From the sequence record MZ574431.2: a DNA stretch of 64,000 bases. One strand, 5' to 3'. Both the position numbers and the translations under genes were made by a program. Each line of letters starts with the position of its first letter. Positions within the stretch are counted from its first letter, which is position 1. This document shows positions 61,978-64,000 of this stretch, piece by piece. The notes under the pieces are model-generated. The model saw only the letters and a list, made by a program, of their open reading frames with translations. It had not been told where the DNA came from and did no database searches.

Positions 61978-62352
61978 ATGGCTAAGACCGAAACCGTCGA
62001 CCTCGCCCTGGTCATGCTCGATGAGAGCAAGGCCGCCAAGGGCGCCCCGCGCGCCTTCACGTTCGGCGAAGTCCGCGAGGCCTTCACCGACGCGCACGCC
62101 TTGACGTTGCTTCAAGCGCGCTTGCGCCAGATCAACGAAAACGAGTGCAACGGCTATCGCGACGAAACCGCCGAACGCCTGGACGCGCGCCGCGAGGAGC
62201 GCGCTAAGGCCGCCGTCGCCGAGATCGCCAAGCGCTACGGCCTGACCTTCCATTTCAACGGCGATCCGCGCGGGTCGGCGCTGAAGCTGAAGACGCCTCA
62301 CACCGGCCGTTATAACGGCTTTGGCGGCCGTGAGGATGGTTGGGCCGTCTAG
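61978..62352 (+). CDS. hypothetical protein
   Basis: AAGGA RBS; FNGDPRG..LKL. Confidence 0.75.
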   Translation: MAKTETVDLALVMLDESKAAKGAPRAFTFGEVREAFTDAHALTLLQARLRQINENECNGYRDETAERLDARREERAKAAVAEIAKRYGLTFHFNGDPRGSALKLKTPHTGRYNGFGGREDGWAV

Positions 62353-62420
62353 GCCCAACTTGACGCCGCTTCACCCCCTGTAACGCGTCCCCTTCCACCC
62401 CTAGGCCTTGGAGACACACA

Positions 62421-62630
62421 ATGGCCCGCACTGCCGATCACACCACCGCCGACCGTACCCGCGCCCCTCGCGACCTCGCGCCGTGGGAACTCGACGCCGA
62501 ACGCCGCCGCGCGCGCAAGGCTTCCAAGTCCTGGCGCGCCGAACGCAAGGGCGTGCGCTCGATGGGCGACTATGCCCAGGGCGACGACATGCGCACCCTC
62601 GCCGATGGGGCCGATTTCTACCCGAACTAG
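62421..62630 (+). CDS. small hypothetical protein
   Basis: GGAGACAC leader. Confidence 0.65.
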   Translation: MARTADHTTADRTRAPRDLAPWELDAERRRARKASKSWRAERKGVRSMGDYAQGDDMRTLADGADFYPN

Positions 62631-62656
62631 GGCGCGCCCTGGCCAGCGAAAAAAAG

Positions 62657-62706
62657 TGCCGTCAACGCAAGAAAGGCGTTGACGGCATAATCGCCATATG
62701 CGACAA
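62657..62706 (+). promoter_or_regulatory. cassette promoter P22 with a 12-bp inverted repeat over the -35
   Basis: TGCCGTCAACGC-AAGAAAG-GCGTTGACGGCA; GCAT-N9-ATGC. Confidence 0.85.
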
Positions 62707-62732
62707 AGGCTCATCGGCAACGGAGACACGCC

Positions 62733-62927
62733 ATGACCTTCCACCACAACCTGATGAGCAAGCTGGACGCGGCCCAAATGGCGGGCGAAATGACCTACGC
62801 CCAACACGCCGACATGCGCGCCACGCTGCGGGCCTCCAACATGCGCGGTCAAGTCTTCACCTCGATGGATGAACTGCGCAAGGCCTGCAAGGGCGCCGGT
62901 CGCGACTTCCAAGGCCGGTTCGCCTAA
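62733..62927 (+). CDS. 64-aa protein, paralog of 63618
   Basis: 53/64 identical residues. Confidence 0.75.
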   Translation: MTFHHNLMSKLDAAQMAGEMTYAQHADMRATLRASNMRGQVFTSMDELRKACKGAGRDFQGRFA

Positions 62928-62943
62928 GACCCCCTCCCCTGAG

Positions 62944-62969
62944 AGGCCCGCCCTAGAGGCGGGCTTTTT
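62944..62969 (+). terminator. terminator
   Basis: GCCCGCC/GGCGGGC + T5. Confidence 0.85.
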
Positions 62970-63015
62970 CTTGGCCGTTAGCCTACCGTTAAGGTTAACC
63001 CCCAGGCCCTCTGGG

Positions 63016-63044
63016 GTTAACCCTAACGCCGCGTTAAGGTTAAC
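63016..63044. promoter_or_regulatory. 29-bp TTAA four-box palindrome
   Basis: GTTAACCCTAA-CGCCGCG-TTAAGGTTAAC; extra TTAG-N7-TTAAGGTTAAC at 62978. Confidence 0.75.
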
Positions 63045-63093
63045 CCCGGCGGCCCAGGCCTTAACCATGACAAGGAAAAAAGATCGCTTTCCT

Positions 63094-63133
63094 GCGAGAA
63101 AGCTGTTGACCGCATAAAGGCGATATGCGACAA
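63094..63133 (+). promoter_or_regulatory. cassette promoter P23
   Basis: TTGACC at 63106; GCAT-N9-ATGC. Confidence 0.85.
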
Positions 63134-63157
63134 AGGGTCATCAACGGAGCAAGTCCA

Positions 63158-63328
63158 ATGTCCTTCCGCCTCGCCCTTACCGAAGACGCCCGCTTCACCG
63201 CCGCCCGTGGCGCGGTCCGCACCGTCCGCGAGCAAGCCCGCCCGGCGCCGCACAAGGACATTGACGGCAAGGCCCTGCTGGCGCCCGCCTCGGCGCTGGA
63301 CCGCATCCGCGCCGTTCTCGGGAACTGA
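63158..63328 (+). CDS. small hypothetical protein
   Basis: GGAG RBS. Confidence 0.55.
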   Translation: MSFRLALTEDARFTAARGAVRTVREQARPAPHKDIDGKALLAPASALDRIRAVLGN

Positions 63329-63331
63329 GTC

Positions 63332-63523
63332 ATGAAGGTCATCGCGCACTATGCCAACGGCCTGCAACGGGTCATCCCCTGCGAGACCTCGCAAGAGGCT
63401 GTGGCCGCGATCAAGGCGGCTCTGACCTATGATCGCGCCGCCAAGTTCACGCTTGACAAGCGCCTTGCCTCGGCGATCCCGACCCGCGCCGCCTCCGAAC
63501 GGGTTTGGCTGTTGAGCGCGTGA
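63332..63523 (+). CDS. small hypothetical protein
   Basis: ORF track. Confidence 0.55.
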   Translation: MKVIAHYANGLQRVIPCETSQEAVAAIKAALTYDRAAKFTLDKRLASAIPTRAASERVWLLSA

Positions 63524-63550
63524 GGGCGATCGAAAAAAGATCGCCTCACC

Positions 63551-63591
63551 GCAAAAAACCTGTTGACTCGCATAAGGCCCCTATGCGATAA
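63551..63591 (+). promoter_or_regulatory. cassette promoter P24 (GANTC in -35)
   Basis: TTGACTC GCAT-N9-ATGC GATAA. Confidence 0.85.
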
Positions 63592-63617
63592 AAGGTCATC
63601 GGCAACGGAGACACGCC

Positions 63618-63812
63618 ATGACCTTCCACCACACCATGATGAGCAAGCTGGACGCGGCGATGATGTCGGGCGAACTGACCTACGCGCAACACAGCGACAT
63701 GCGCGCGGCCCTCCGCGCCGCCAACATGAGCGGCCAAGTCTTCACCTCGATGAACGAGCTTCGCGCCGCTTGCAAGGGCGCGGGCCGCGACTTCCAAGGC
63801 CGGTTCGCTTAA
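63618..63812 (+). CDS. 64-aa protein, paralog of 62733
   Basis: same leader TCATCGGCAACGGAGACACGCCATG. Confidence 0.75.
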   Translation: MTFHHTMMSKLDAAMMSGELTYAQHSDMRAALRAANMSGQVFTSMNELRAACKGAGRDFQGRFA

Positions 63813-63833
63813 GAGCCGGCAACCTTACTGACC

Positions 63834-63861
63834 AGAGCCCGCCCTTCGAGGCGGGCTTTTT
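63834..63861 (+). terminator. terminator closing the cassette array
   Basis: AGCCCGCC/GGCGGGCT + T-tract. Confidence 0.85.
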
Positions 63862-64000
63862 CGTGCGCGCCGCTAAGGGAGGCTCCAAGGCCGGCGCCCC
63901 GGCCGGTATGACCATAAGAAGGTTCCAAGAAAGTATGGCCCTACCAAAAGGGTCCAGGGACCCAAGGCCGGGGTTTGTTGCATTTCTGCAACAGGCCCTC

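Noticed and set aside
236-62000. Long minus-strand ORFs (e.g. 1025-1897, 7476-8243, 20749-21783, 29230-30393, 36454-37716, 50125-51120)
   Set aside because: They are antisense shadows of GC3-biased plus-strand genes, with no RBS or promoter and no recognisable motifs.
62360-62390. A 25th cassette promoter before the 62421 gene
   Set aside because: TTGACG is present but the AAGAAAG element, the dyad and the family -10 are absent, so it was not counted.
43908-63044. Integron attC sites (arms resemble RYYYAAC/GTTRRRY)
   Set aside because: The 7th base is G rather than Y, the elements are 29 bp rather than 57-141 bp, there are no L boxes or extrahelical bases, direct-repeat variants exist, and no integrase is present in the window.
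42106-63591. Phage (T7-like) RNA polymerase promoters
   Set aside because: The repeats have a host-type TTGAC -35 and variable spacer rather than a contiguous conserved 23-mer.

Overview
This window is 64 kb of a GC-rich, phiCbK-like (Caulobacterales-infecting) large siphovirus genome. The assignment is inferred from gene content, promoter style and CtrA-like boxes; no database search was run. Essentially all genes are on the + strand. (1) 1-28.4 kb: tightly coupled, mostly hypothetical early/middle genes behind TTGAC promoters. Recognisable products are an ATP-grasp enzyme, a NadE-like protein, an ABC-type ATPase, an HNH-RNA ligase fusion, two tandem-HTH proteins, a MazG-like protein and three paralogous Tat-signal proteins. 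(2) 28.5-31.3 kb: wHTH genes followed by an AT-rich non-coding block with three 40-bp repeats at an exact 79-bp period. (3) 31.4-40.6 kb: 12 consecutive tiny membrane ORFs, RuvC, TerS, an intein-containing TerL and an Ntn-hydrolase-like gene. (4) 40.4-42.1 kb: a non-coding block of several repeat families plus phased A-tracts, the probable terminal-repeat/packaging boundary. (5) 42.1-63.9 kb: an array of small gene cassettes built as terminator / TTAA-box palindrome / promoter / 1-4 genes. It has 24 near-identical promoters, and 22 of them carry an exact GCAT-N9-ATGC dyad. Candidate anti-defence genes lie inside it (ArdA-like, an acidic protein ending in an SSB-like tail). Three genes are broken by a single missing C in a C-run, probably sequencing errors. 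Repairing one of them reveals an XRE/Cro-like HTH gene inside the cassette array. All counts and coordinates were read by hand.
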